From NCBI GenBank assembly GCA_013239625.1, contig MU054187.1, positions 10,127,231 through 10,191,230 on the forward strand: a stretch of 64,000 bases of DNA. Direction: 5' to 3'. The notes under the pieces were generated by a model. The model was not told the origin of the DNA and did no database searches. It saw only the letters and a program-made list of their open reading frames with translations. The translations under genes were made by a program, and so were the position numbers. The stretch is from Lama guanicoe. Its lineage: Eukaryota. This document shows, one piece after another, positions 26,473-39,748 of this stretch (positions are counted from its first letter, which is position 1; every line of letters begins with the position of its first letter).

Positions 26473-28519
26473 AATTTATTTTTATTTTTTCTACTTTTTT
26501 AAAACATCTTTTTATTGAGTAATAGTCATTTTACAATGTTGTGTCAAATTCTAGTGTAGAGCACAATTTTTCAGTTATACATGAACATACATATATTCAT
26601 TGTCATATTTTTTTTTTCGCTGTGAGCTACCACAAGATCTTGTATATATTTCCCTGTGCTATACAGTATAGTCTTGTTTATCTATTCTACATTTTGAAAT
26701 CCCAGTCTGTCCCTTCCCACCCCCTGCCCCCTTGGCAATCACAAGACTGTACTCTATGTCCATGAGTCTGTTTCCATTTCGTATTTGTTTTGTTTTGTTT
26801 TTTTTAGATTCCACATATGAGTGATCTCATCTGGTATTTTTCTTTCTCTTTCTGGCTTACTTCACTTAGAATGACATTCTCCAGGCACATCCATGTTGCT
26901 GCAAATGGCGTTATGTTGTCAGATTTTATGGCTGAGTAGTATTCCATTGTATAAATATACCACCTCTTTATCCAGTCATCTGTTGATGGACATTTAGGCT
27001 GTTTCCATGTCTTGGCTATTGTAAATAGTGCTGCTATGACCATTGGGATGCAGGTGTTATTTTGAAGTAGGGTTCCTTCTGGATATATGCCCAGGAGCGG
27101 GATTCCTGGGTCATATGGTAAGTCTATTCCTAGTCTTTTTTTTTTTTTTTGATTTCACTTTGTTTTATTTATTTAGTTATTATTCATTTTTTTTATTGAA
27201 GTAAAATTTTATTGAAGTAAAAACATAAAAATAACCTTTCAAAAGAGTACAATTAGTGGCATTTAGTACATTTTCAAAGTTCTACAACCACCACCTCTAC
27301 CTGGTTCCAAAACATTTTCAACACTGTCAAGGGAGACTCCATACCCATGATGCAGGCATTCCCTATTTCTTCCCTTCTCCAGCCCCTGGACCTAATCTGC
27401 TTTCTGTCTCTATGGATTTAACTATGCTGGATATTTCATACAAATGGAAGCATATAATTACATGACCTTTTGTGTCTGGCTCCTTTCACTTAGCATTTTG
27501 AAGTTCTTCAGGATGTAGCATGTATCAGTACTTCATTTCTTTTTATGGCTGAATAATATTTTGTATTATGGATATACCATGTTTTGTTTGTCTTTTCAGC
27601 CACTGATGGAAATTTTGGTTGTTTCCACCTTTTGGTTATTGTGAATAATGCCACTATGAACATTGGTGTACAAGTATCTGTTTGAATACCTGTTTTCAAT
27701 TATCTTAGGTATGTACCTAGGAATTTCAGATCACATGGTAGTTGTATGTTTAACTTTTTGAGGAGTCACAAACATTCCTAGTCTTTTGAGGAATCTCCAT
27801 ACTGTTTTCCACAGTGGCTGCAACAAACTGCATTCCCACCAGCAGTGTAGGAGGGTTCTCTTTCCTCCACAGCCTCTGCAGCATTTGTCATTTGTGGACT
27901 TTTGAATGATGGCCATTCTGACTGATGTGAGGTGATACCTCATTGTAGTTCTGATAATTAGTGATATTGAGCAGTTTTTCATGTGCCTATTGATCATTCG
28001 TATGTCTTCCTTGGAGAATTGCTTGTTTAGGTCTTCTGCCCATTTTTGGATTGGGTTGGTTGTTTTTTTTTTCTTTTTAAGTCGTATGAGCTGCTTATAT
28101 ATTCTGGAGATCAAGCCTTTGTCTGTTTCATTTGCAAAAATTTTCTCCCATTCCGTAGGTTGTCATTTTGTTTTGCTTATGGTTTCCTTTGCTGTATGTG
28201 CAAAAAAAGTTTAATTATGTCCTATTTGGGTTTTTTGCTTTTATTTCTATTGCTTGGGTAGACTGTCCTAGGAGAACATTTTTGAGATGTATGTCAGATA
28301 ATGTTTAGCCTATATTTTCTTCTAGGAGGTTTATTGTATCTTGTGTTTAAGTCTTTGATCCATTTTGAGGTTTTTTTTTTGTGTATGGTGTAAGGGAGTG
28401 TTCTAGCTTCATTGATTTACATGCTGCTGTCCAGTTTTCCCAGCACCATTTGCTGAAGAGATTGTCTTTATTCCACTGTATATTCTTGCCTCCTTTGTTG
28501 AAGATTAGTTGACCAAAGC
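26473..28519 (-). mobile_element. Lineage-specific 5'-truncated L1 (ORF2 3' part + 3' UTR), split by an internal insertion
   Basis: ORFs 27731..28114 ([19 protein letters not shown]...HCWWEC) and 26804..27043 (IAALFTIAKTWKQPKCPS...) are L1 ORF2 C-terminal sequence; TSD taaactattttt at 26461-26472 and 28520-28531. Confidence 0.93.
27140..27773 (-). mobile_element. Diverged L1MB3-like 3' fragment inserted inside the younger L1
   Basis: L1MB-type UTR (gtacaattagtggcatttagtacatt...ttccaaaacatttt); ORF 27508..27699 is an ORF2 end; perfect 14-bp TSD attcctagtctttt at 27126-27139 and 27774-27787; T15 run at 27136-27150. Confidence 0.85.
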
Positions 28520-30299
28520 TAAACTATTTTTTAAAATGTAGGTGCCGTTTTTAGTTTGAAGTTTACTTTTACATTCCTAAGCAAGTATAGATTGATAAAT
28601 TTAACATGTTTTGTTTCCAGCACCCCCTCCTCATACACAGCGCCTAGTAGAGTGCCTTGATCATAAATCATGCATCAGTACATCTTGTAGCTTAATTTAA
28701 AAAGATTAAAAATGAAAATAGCCTATAAATATTGAAATACCCACTTATAGAACTTGAGCTGTAAAATATATATAGTGCTACCGAAATGTGAGAATAATCA
28801 TTGAAAAGAACTTACATGAGGTTCTTCAAGGTAAAATTCTATCCTGAATCTGTATGTAGATAATAAACTATATACTAGCTAGTTTGTAGACTATTCAGAT
28901 TCTATATTTTTCTGTTGCCCTCATTTTGACTTTGAAAAAATTACTCTCAGCATCTACATTATGTGAAGGGCAAGGAAAAGTAAAATAATACAAATTTAAG
29001 TTCTTGGTATTAACTTGCTAACAGATCTTATTGCATAGGGCATAGAATAGGTAGAAATTTAAAATACAGTAAAAAAAAGTGAATTTCAGGGATTATCTGT
29101 AAATTCCTTTTTTCCCCCCCTGAATATTCAAGAGTTGACTACTGTTCGGTTGTTACAGGAGTGATGTTTGGAAAGGCATCCATAGACACTAGCAAAGAAT
29201 CTGGACACAGACAGCTCCCAGAGCAGGGGATACACTGCGCACTCCCAGTCAAAGGGAAAAGTTTCCTCACGGGTCCGTGAAAGTTGCCAGATGACCGCGG
29301 TTGATTGTGTGAGTCTTTGACAGGTTCTTTGAGAAGCAGCCCCTTCCCATTTTGGGGAGTCTTCATAAATCTCCTGCTCTCCTTGTTGTTTCTGGACACT
29401 TTTGGCTTTCACCTGTTCTGTGGGTAGAAATAACTAGTATAAGGCAGCCCTCTCAGCCCCAGGTCATCTCTGAGCATTTACTGCCAGATGGGATGCACTG
29501 AAGTCCCAGGTGTGGTGTTCCTCAGCAGGACTGAGCCTCAAGCCTGCCTGAGACCATTCCTGCAAACATGTAACTGGGACTACAACAAGATAGAAAGATA
29601 ATTTAGATTTGTAAAACATAGACAAAACTACTATTTCCTGACTACTATATTCTAGGTTCTAGGCTAGGCATTCCACATACAATCTCATTTAATATTTCTT
29701 TTAAATTTAATTTTGATTATTTTTATTGAAACAATGTACATTTGATAAACATCAAAAAGACTGGATGGTGAGCAGTTGGGAGTGTTTTAAAAAACCAATC
29801 TTCCTTTTAAAAGGAATATACTCTATGATATTTTTTATCATTAAAAAAAGTCAAATAATATGATAAAGCTTATATTAAAAACAGCAGTTCTCTGCTCCAT
29901 CCTGCCTTACTCTCAGTTCCCTCCCATTAGCCCAATAATTCTTAATCATTAAAATTAATTCTTCTAGTACTTTATTTCTAAAAAACATTCGGATACTGAT
30001 TTTTTTTTCCCTCCAGTTTTAAATGTTGTCTATTGACTTATTATGGCAGATGAGGAGTTAACCCTTTATACCCCCTCCTGTCACATACATTTACTTCTTT
30101 CTATCCTTTTACATTTATATCACAGTTATTGGCTTAGTCAGTAATTAGGGCTAACATTTTAACTATATAAATATTATTTATAGCTAAGTCATAAATAAAG
30201 TAGGCTGTGATTTTATTTCTTCTCTTGAATAACTCATTGTCTTCACCAGGGTTAACAATTGCTTTTTTTTGTTTGCTTGGTTTCTGTACTTGTATTATT

Positions 30300-30660
30300 A
30301 AATTAAAAAACTGAAGTATAGTTGATTTACAATGTTGAGTTAGTTTCAGGTGTACAGCAAAGTGATCCTATTCAATTACACATACACACACATACATAAT
30401 CTTTTTCAGATTCCTTTCCATTATAGGTTAATACAAGATACTGAATGTAGTTCCCTGGGCTATACTGTAGGTCTTTGTTGTTTATCTCTTATAGATAGTA
30501 ATGTGTATATGTTAATCCCAAACTCCTAATTTCTCTCTTCCCAACCTCCTTCCCCTTTAGTAACCATAATTTGTTTTCTATGTCTGTGAGCCTATTTCTG
30601 GTTTGTAAATCAGTTTATTCATACCACATATAAGTGATACCATCTTATATTTGTCTTTCC
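30300..30660 (-). mobile_element. L1 3' end inserted into an older degenerate L1M/HAL1-like region (about 29.7-31.8 kb)
   Basis: tgaagtatagttgatttacaatgtt...gttaatcccaaactcctaattt; same family as 13560-14086. Confidence 0.85.
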
Positions 30661-32086
30661 TAAATTTTTTGATAGAAGTAGAAGTCTGCACATGTTTAAG
30701 TGTTCTGTTCATATTTATCTTGGAGAATTTCATCTGAAGCCTTCAGTTCTCTTCCTCCTATTCCAAGGTAGTTGTTCTCTAAGCCTGGCATTTGCTCTTA
30801 CTGGGATTTTTCCTTTCACCGTTATCTTGATTCCCCCCCCCCACCCCAATTCCTTTCTCCTATGTTGGATTTCCTATTTTCTGGGATCCTACATCATTCT
30901 CTTAGTTTACTCCCTCATTTTGGTAAAGCATATCCTTCAGAAGTTTCCTGAGAAAGATACATATCTAGGACCTTGGTTGTACAAAAATGTCCATATTCTA
31001 CCCTCACGTTTCATTGATTGTTTTGCTGGGTATAGATTTTTTAGGACAGAAATTTCCTGCAGAATTCTGATGGCATTTCTCCATCTTCAAGCCTCAGTGG
31101 TGCTGTTGAGAAGTTTCATTCTAACTCTAGTCCTCATTCCTTTATCTGTGACTATTTGTTTTTTGTTTTTTTCTCTCTCTGGGAGTGTTTAGGCTCATTA
31201 TCCTGGTGTTCATGATGTGTTTTGGTCAGATAAATCCGCTAAGAGGATTTGCAGTTGCTTCTACCAAATACTTGGAGAGTATAATTTGACCAATCTGGGA
31301 TTTATCAGAAGTAAAACTCTTGGCTAGAGGTTTATCAGACCAGTCAGGTAGTAGGAATTTGGGCTGCAAAACTGGGTGAGGGCTGACTTGTGTTTCCAAA
31401 TTCTCAGTAGCAATTGCTCCCCTCTCTACTCTTGCCAAGATTTTAAATAGTCTATTTTCGGTGTGGTCCACTGGAAGTGGCATGGTGTTTGCTTGTAGTT
31501 TGTCCTTACACTGAAGGATTAGCAGGAGGAGAATCTGCTAGTGGACTCCCCACCTTGGAGTAGCACTGGGCTTTGTTCTCTGCTCCCATTCCCCGAAGTG
31601 CTATGAAAACCAGAGTCTGCACTCAGCTGGTCTGACACACTCTCTCAGGGTAACAGTGCACCTCTTACCTTTCCAGGACCCTGCCTTCACTTCATGTCCA
31701 GTCTGAGATTTCCTTACTTTTTTTATATGATGTTTCAAAGATAAATTTTAAAAAATTGTGTTTTGTCCAGAAGTTTTAGTTATTTCCAGCAGTCCCGACC
31801 CTTATCCTGTCATATTCCTGGACGTGGGAGACTATATCACCTTTTTAAGCCTCAATTTCCTCATTTGAAAAATGGGGATGATAATAGAATTTGAGGAATT
31901 GGTGAGATTATTAGTAAGTATAAATCTCTTAACACTCTGTGGAATCTCAATGTTTACTCTTTTTTTTTTAAGTGGTATTTTCAGAGTCTGAATCTAAGTG
32001 CTCTTCCTTGCTACATTTTTATAGGTCCTTGGTGTGCTAATGCCAGGGGATGATGTGAATAACTCGAGGTCTTATTAAGTTGTATA

Positions 32087-32092
32087 TTTATT
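32087..32092 (-). terminator. Distal polyadenylation signal AATAAA of CPA6
   Basis: Second plus-strand tttatt about 100 nt further downstream. Confidence 0.45.
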
Positions 32093-32188
32093 AAGAAATA
32101 TCATTCTTTCCATTTCAAAAATCTGCATTTCAGATGAGAACCAAGTCATTTAACATTAGTAGTCTAGATCTTAATTGAGAACGTGAGA

Positions 32189-32194
32189 TTTATT
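32189..32194 (-). terminator. Proximal polyadenylation signal AATAAA of CPA6
   Basis: Plus-strand tttatt about 320 nt downstream of the stop codon. Confidence 0.6.
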
Positions 32195-32511
32195 GACATG
32201 GAATCCTCAATTTGTACATTTCTTGAGACAAAAGGGTTTGAAAATATCCCCTCCCCCCTTAAATAAGGCTAAAGGGAGAGAAAGTGGATACCTTCTCTTA
32301 CAACAGACTAGGTTATACTCTAATTTCTTTTTTACCGCCATTTTTTTTTATTGCCATAGAGTGGGATTGCATGAGAGGGTCCTTTTAAAGTCCACAGATA
32401 AGTTCACTCTAAGCAGTCAACCCTCTCTTTAAAAACAATTTCCACCCACTGGCAAGCAGCTCTTGGGCAGAATCCGCTCCCTCTGGCAGTTAGCCTGACC
32501 CTTGGGCCGTC

Positions 32512-32706
<195 letters not shown>

Positions 32707-35189
32707 TTAAAAAAAAAAACAAAAAACAAAAAAACAAAAAAAGTCAGCTTCACTAAAGAGTCTGCATAATTTTCAAAATGTATATATAGTACTTGCTTAC
32801 GAAGCTATACTAAATCTTTCCAATTAAATACCCTTTCAACAAGAACGATTTAACCGTAGTTCCTCAGCGTCAGGCTCATGGAACTTATAAATCATACCTG
32901 CTATCATCATAAATCACACCAGCCACTTTCAGTCTGGTTCTTGCCTCTGCCATCTCTGAAAACTTTGTTCTCTGTTCTGAAAACTAGTCTAAGTATTAAT
33001 GCGTTTTCAGCCCAAGGACCTCAATTTCTCAGCCTCAACTCCGTTATCATTTATCTGCACCCGCACTTTATTCACCACACTGTGGACTTTTATCACTCAG
33101 TTCTCTTTCCAAGGTCTAGAATATTGAAGATCTGTTCCTAGAAAACCTTATTTCTTCTACTTCCCCTATTTTTTCACCCCTGATGAATTTGTTTTTTGCC
33201 TTTACTTATTTTAGTTTCCAGACACCCCCTGAGGCTTTTTAGAATTTCACTGAACTCTACCAGGCTACGGTCAGTTACTCTACTGAATTTCTCACCAGAT
33301 CTCTTTTCTAATTCTTTCCTGCTTTTATTTTGCTAATTCTCAATCCCTGGTCTAGTTTCTCTGTTTTCTCCCTTGTGAAGGAGATAGAGAAAGTCTTTGC
33401 TGTAAATTCATACTAGTCTCTGAAGTCCTTCTCCATTACCAGTGGTGCTCCAGGGTCCTTTTTCTAGATCTTCACTTGCAGAACCTCTCTTATTCTCTCC
33501 TGGTCCTGCCCCTCACTTTACCACTGTCTCCAGTCTCATGATGGGTAATTAGCCCATCATCTCCTCTGCTTACATCACAGTCCTGACTTCTGTCCTTCCA
33601 GCTCAGGAAGAAATGCTGCTGGTCTTCTACACGTGACATTGTTTGATACCACGTTGTCTCTGGTAGCAAGAGGGCCCCTTCTCCAGGACCTTGTTTTGTT
33701 GATAGAACCCCCCCCCCACATCTGCATTGACTGAGATGTCCAGCCACCACTCTCCTAGAGCATTTCCTTCTCATGATCCTATTACGTCTCATACTCTTTT
33801 TCTTCTTCCTTTTGCTTTAGAACTCAAAAGAGAATCTATATGTGTTGTTTCTTCATCCTCAACCACTTTCAGTCTGGTTCTTGATTCTCCCTGGCTCTGA
33901 AACCTTTGTTCTTGAAGGCCACCAATGAGAGCAGGCCCAGTCTCCTTTGGGTTTTTTTTTTTTTCCCTTCTTCCTTAGATCCCACTTTCAACTTCTGGTG
34001 GCACTTAACCTAGCTGACAATACATTCTGGCAAGTCTCTTCTGGCTGCTGCCACCCCACATGCTTCAGCTTTCCAGCACAGAGTTGAAAGTGTGGACTTC
34101 AGGCAGCTTTAGGCAGACTGTGGGTTTGGGCTGTATCTGATCCATCACCTACTGTGACTGTGCCTCGTCTCCGCTTTTGAAAACGGGATTGTAATACCTA
34201 CTGCGTAGGGTTGTTGGGGAAATTAAATAACGTGCTCGGGATATATTAGATGTTAGTGTTTTGCGTCTTTATACTCCAAAGTGCCTAGTGTACAGTTTTT
34301 AGCATCACATGCTTTTAATAGTTAATGAACAGATGTTTCATAGAAGACTATACACTTGCCCCCCCAAATTTATATGATCCAGCCTGACATAACACGATTT
34401 TATTTTTAAATTCCCCAATTCAAATGATACCACTTTTTATGCCATTTTTGCCAGGACAAGTTAGAGACAGAATTATGTGAAGATGACAATTAAATGACTC
34501 TGCTGTTTCCCAGGCTCCCCTTCAGTTGGGGACAGATGGTAGTCTGTGGTTCATTGTCCCTCCGGGTTAGAGTTCACTGGAACTACAAATAGTGGTCATA
34601 GTAGCCAAAGTCAGGGACAATATTTGCCAACACTTACATCATGGTGATAGGACAGCCTCATTTCTATGGTAGCAGGTTATTCTCGGTAAATATACTACTG
34701 TGACTGTGCCTTGATACCAAACTGAAAAGGTCAACTGTGAGTAAGATTTTTAAAAATCAGTATTTTAAGATTATTAATATATATTGTGCTGGCATTAACT
34801 GATAATGTGATTCCCCCCCCATACTATATTTCAGCTTTCAAGGTGGTGCTGTTGAAAAAGCTATGAAAATGTCAGTGTAAGACCAGTGATCATGGACTTA
34901 AAAAATTCTGATACATCAGACATTATCACTATTAGGATAAATTTATATGATAAGCAATGTTCATTAACAAACTGACGTTTTCTTCTGAAGACTGAAGAAA
35001 GTGAGTAGTTAGGAATATAATGAGTAAATTAAAGAAATCAAGGAGAAATTTACTACCTCACTGAAAAGCATTATTAGATGTCACCATCTATACATAAAAC
35101 ATGTGTCTATACCTTCATATGTACACATAGACATTCAGATATATGTGATTTCTCACTAGATTTTGCAAGTTATATAGTCAATGAATTTT

Positions 35190-35350
35190 AGAGTTTGAAA
35201 GGCCATGAGAAATGACCTAGTCCAATTCCTCACTGAGCAGTTGTGGAAACTGAAGCCCGGGATTAATATCTTGACCAGGATGACATTAACTCGTGGCAGA
35301 ATGAAGACTAGAATCCATGCCTCCTGGCTCTTTGTCCAAGGTCTTTCCAT
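35190..35350 (-). mobile_element. MIR SINE fragment
   Basis: ctagtccaattcctca...ggaaactgaagccc...gactagaatcc...tcctggctc. Confidence 0.6.
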
Positions 35351-35853
35351 GTACCCAGTTGCTCTTTACTTCACATAAAATAAGAAATATTTTAATAACC
35401 TTGTAAGAGGAAATTCAGCTGGATGTGTTACGTAAGAAACAGAATGTCATAACAAGAATTGTGGAGGAAAGGATAAAAGGGAAGCTCTTTTAGGGCTGAA
35501 ACATTACTCCATTATCTTCTCGAGGCCCATTTCCACTTTTACAGTAGTTACAATTGCTTAAGGAGCTCATCTTGGTACTTTGTACTGTCATAAGATCTCA
35601 ATTCAACTTCACAGTCTTTACTACATGCTTAGAATATTCTCTGCTTAGTATTTGTTTGGATTGGTATAGTGATTTCTGTTAAGCAGTAGAAAACTCATCA
35701 AACTCCCTCCATCTTCCTTGGCTAATTTAGCTGTCAAAAATTTCACTTTAAGGGGGGAACACATTTTCTCTTTTTTTGTTTTTAGAAGGGAAGTCATTAC
35801 ACAGGATATTGGTTCAAGAGATGAGTCCAACACAACATCCATAGGAAACTTAC

Positions 35854-35938
35854 ACAACGTGCTGGAGGCAGGTCCATATCTATACTGTACCCCATGTACC
35901 GACCGGAGTGCATTCACAGCTTTATAAGCTGCAGATTC
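35854..35938 (-). CDS. CPA6: Carboxypeptidase A6, penultimate coding exon (exon 10), 85 bp
   Basis: [28 protein letters not shown] plus the first T of a split Tyr codon; lies inside ORF 35645..35968. Acceptor cacag, donor GTAAGT; phase 0 in and phase 1 out, matching both neighbouring exons. Confidence 0.97.
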
Positions 35939-37840
35939 CTGTGAGGTTGAATACAGAAATGATATCACTTATATCATTGCATTGAAACCTTAAGGAATAC
36001 TGGCATGTTGTCTGAGCCTTAGGGGTCATTAATTTGGAGAGCCAGGATAGGCACATTAATTAATAGTTTAATAATAATTCTGTTACATGATACATTTTTG
36101 CAGTACATTTTAGAACACATTATTAAGTCTCACAGTGAGCCAGTGATCACTAATATTTCTGTATACAGGCAAGAAAGGAAGGCTCAGCGAGGTTAATGGG
36201 CCAGCAAGGTGTAGAGTTGGGATAAGCACTCGGTTTCTGATGCAGATTTAGTGTTCTGTCCTCTTCCCTTTATGGTTCAGGTACACCCACTTCTATAAAT
36301 TACAAACTGCTTGACAGGGCAGGGCCCCTGTCAGTCTTAGTCAGAGCTACACATACAGTAGTTAGCAGTGTGTCTGTGCATAACTGACACTTAATCAATA
36401 TTTCTTGCATGAATGTTGAGTAAGCATAGATCTGCAAGAATATCAAGATAATCTTATTGATCCTTAAGTACATACTCCAGTGGCTAGGTACAAGGTATTT
36501 AAAACACATTTGGATCAATTAAGAAGCCAGTTCCTTCGGTGAGAATGACTTCGCTTGCTCTCTGTTTGTCCCCACTGGGAATGGAAACAATTTCAGAGTG
36601 CTTCCTGGCATCTGAGGTTACACATGCCTCTGACAGAGCTCATCCAAGCTCCGCTGAGATAGAAACTCCTACCAATGCCCCAAGTCAGGAAAAATAAGCC
36701 CCATCAACTGCAAAAAGGTGAACATTCTAACACGAACTAGAATGATACAGGCTACCCTTGAAAATATTTTCAAGTGGTATAAAAGCATTAGTTTCAACAG
36801 GGAGTTTGAGAAGTATTGTATGACCAGCGAGAGGAAAAGAATAGAAGTCTGTTGAAACCAGTATACAACTCTCCTATTTCCATTTGCCTGTGAATAATTT
36901 AATATGGCCACTGAAGCTCTCTGGGCAGCGTGATGCTGTGTGTTGGACCCGGCTTCAGCTTGCTGTCCTCACTCACCTCAAGGATGCAGAAAGCAGCACT
37001 GGCGGCAAATGCCACCCTTGATGGATATTCAGGACCTGGCAGGCATTTATTATTGATCTCACTGATGATGGCAGTCTCCTCACAGGAGCCAGCAGAAGAG
37101 GAATGTAAACACCATAATGAGGGAGCTTTAAGGAGAAAGTGCTAAGACTTTTAACATCTTCTCCAATGGTCTCAGCAATATTCCATGGCAAAGGCAGACA
37201 TTTCTACATTTAGAAGATGACTGCATTCTGCTGGTGAGGAGACCTTTGTTGGTCATTATTTCAGATGATTAAACTCAAGGGGGGAAAAATCTTTTGAGAA
37301 AAACAAACTATTGAGGAAAAAACAAGCTTTGCCTATTTTCAAACATATGCCTAGTTTCAGCCCTTTGAGCTCATGGTACTTCTGCCACTTGGCGGGAGCA
37401 GGCTGATGAAAGGTTTAGATGTGATTCTCCCACAAAGAGTGGAAACTTCATCAAATTTTCTAAGAATTATTTTCCAGGGTGGCACCTGTTGGAAAGAGTT
37501 TAAGCAATTCTTCCTTTCTCCATTGCATCTGTTTTCCAATTGTCCGGAAGGACCCAGGCCTCACTTGTTGGACCTCGGCTTAGTAAGGTGTATATTTTTC
37601 TACTTAAATATTTTCATATTTAAAGCAATTTAGTGACCCAAAAATGCTAGCAGAAGCACTCCTGCATATTGATGGAATGCTTTTGAACAAGTTTAATAGA
37701 ATTCAGGGGTTTCTGGTTAACATTCAGAGACAACGTAGTTTCAGAGAATTGGTTTTTTGTTGTTGTTATACGAGGCCATTTTTAGTTTTGGAGAATTGTA
37801 ATCTTGGTTTTAGCGATTCAATTTATCTGCAGCCCACTAA

Positions 37841-38058
37841 CAGGATTTCTCAATGGTGGCACTACTGACATTTTGGACTAAATCATTCTTTGCTGTGGGA
37901 GGCGGTCCTGTGCAAAGTAGGATGTTTCACAGCATCCTTGGCCTCTACCCAGCAGATGTCAATAGCATGTCCTGCCCCTGTTGTGACAATCAAAAATTGT
38001 CTCCAACATTGTCCAGTGTCCCTTGGGAGGCAAATTCATAGTCAGTTATGAACCACTG
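37841..38058. mobile_element. MER20 hAT-Charlie element
   Basis: caggatttctcaa...ggcactactgacattttgg...gcatccttggcctctacccagcagatgtcaatagca...gaaccactg, full length. Confidence 0.88.
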
Positions 38059-39222
38059 ATTCTCTCCTTATAACACATCCTCCAATGCAAGACAAAAGGA
38101 AAATAGGCTTAACTTCTGGTGGGAAGATAAGTTCAAAATATGGAGACCATTCTCCTGTGATAGTTGTGATATATTGCATTACTCCAGATACTCTGTTGTG
38201 AGACTGTAAGTAGGCACTATGCCCCACTGAGAACGGGCTGAACATTTGCCTGTAGAAACATCGTGGTGCAAGGTGGTTAGGGTGCCAGGTCAGCAGGAAC
38301 GAGAAACCTATTTGACCCACTGAGGAGCTGAAGAGTATCACTGTCAACCATCATCCCCCTCCCCCCCTTTACAGTATTTCTCAAGAGAGAGAATTTGCTC
38401 AGAATTCTTGCATGAAACACTAAGAACAGAGTTCTTTTGGACAGAATACAAGTCTTCCCCCAGGCCACCTTCTGACCTCCTCATGGTCCTCATTCTTTCC
38501 AGGTCCTAGGTATCTAGATCAGGAATTCCAGCAACCCCAAGCAACTGGGGTAGGATTTGGAGGTCAAGGTAGAGGGAGAAAGAGGATGCTTCTCTTTTAT
38601 AAAAACTTTCAAATTCAAGTAAAACATACATTCAGAAATGTACACAAATTTTAAGTTTATAGCTTAATGAACGATCGCAAGTTGCACACACAGATGTAAC
38701 CATCGTCCAGGAAAGAATAGGGCGTCAACAGCTGCCCAAAGCCCGCCCTGCCCCCTCCCAATCTCAGCTCCCTCCCTCTTCCTCACTTCTAACACTGTGT
38801 ACTAGTTTGGCCTGGCTTTGAACTTTAACGGCCTTTAGATGCTATAGGCTCTGAACTGGATTCCCTTTGTGAGGAATTATGCCTTACAGGGGATGGCTTG
38901 TTGAGTTCCTATAGTGAGGAGAGGGAGGAACCCTGCTTTTTCACTTTCAGCTAATCTCACGCCTGAAAGGCTGTTCATTCTTAGCATTAACTTGTCAGAT
39001 ACACACCCAGAGACTTAGTAGCATTAAGCAAATAGTGCTCATAAATTAAAACTTGCTTTTAATGAATGAGAGTCAGATTGTAATTTATGAACAATTATTT
39101 ACTCAATAAAGTTAATTACAGCTTTGCATATGTGACGAAGCTGTGATACTAATCAAATCCATCCTGACATTTTCCATAGAATCTGTGGTAAGAATGTAAA
39201 TAGGTTTTGAAATGATTGCATT

Positions 39223-39465
39223 TGAGAAGCAGCATAGAACAGTGGTCGAAAGCAACAATGCTCGAGCTAGATTTGGGGTGAATCCTGGCTTTGTCACTTA
39301 GTAGCTGTGTGTTCTTAGTCTAATTATCTAATTTCTTTAGGTTTCAGTTTCCTCATCTGTGAAGTTGGGATAATAATAGAGCATACAATTTATGAAAAAT
39401 AAATGAGCTAATATATATGAAATGCTTATTAGGACAAACACAACACAATCTGTGTTTGCCATCAT
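39223..39465 (+). mobile_element. MIR SINE
   Basis: gaatcctggctttgtcacttagtagctgtgtg...tcagtttcctcatctgtgaagttgggataataatag, the MIR core. Confidence 0.85.
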
Positions 39466-39529
39466 CATGACTACATAGAACCGTCTTAGCATTATAAAAG
39501 CATGAAACTGACACACATGCTCAGCTTCA

Positions 39530-39748
<219 letters not shown>

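Larger units (their letters stand above)
32070..32511 (-). other. CPA6: CPA6 3' UTR (approximate end)
   Basis: Non-repetitive sequence after the stop codon, with AATAAA on the minus strand at 32189-32194 and 32087-32092. Confidence 0.7.

Noticed and set aside
26804..28114. ORFs with reverse-transcriptase-protein C-terminal similarity
   Set aside because: Fragments of 5'-truncated, frameshifted L1 ORF2; not an active element or a host gene.
29236..29242. Metal-response element core TGCGCAC near a zinc-protease gene
   Set aside because: A single 7-mer downstream of the gene is expected by chance.
30692..31192. 166-aa hydrophobic ORF
   Set aside because: T-rich antisense strand of a degenerate L1-like element, which produces Leu/Phe-rich spurious ORFs.
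35645..35853. C-terminal extension of ORF 35645..35968 (CKFPMDVV...)
   Set aside because: Intronic read-through past the GTAAGT donor of CPA6 exon 10.
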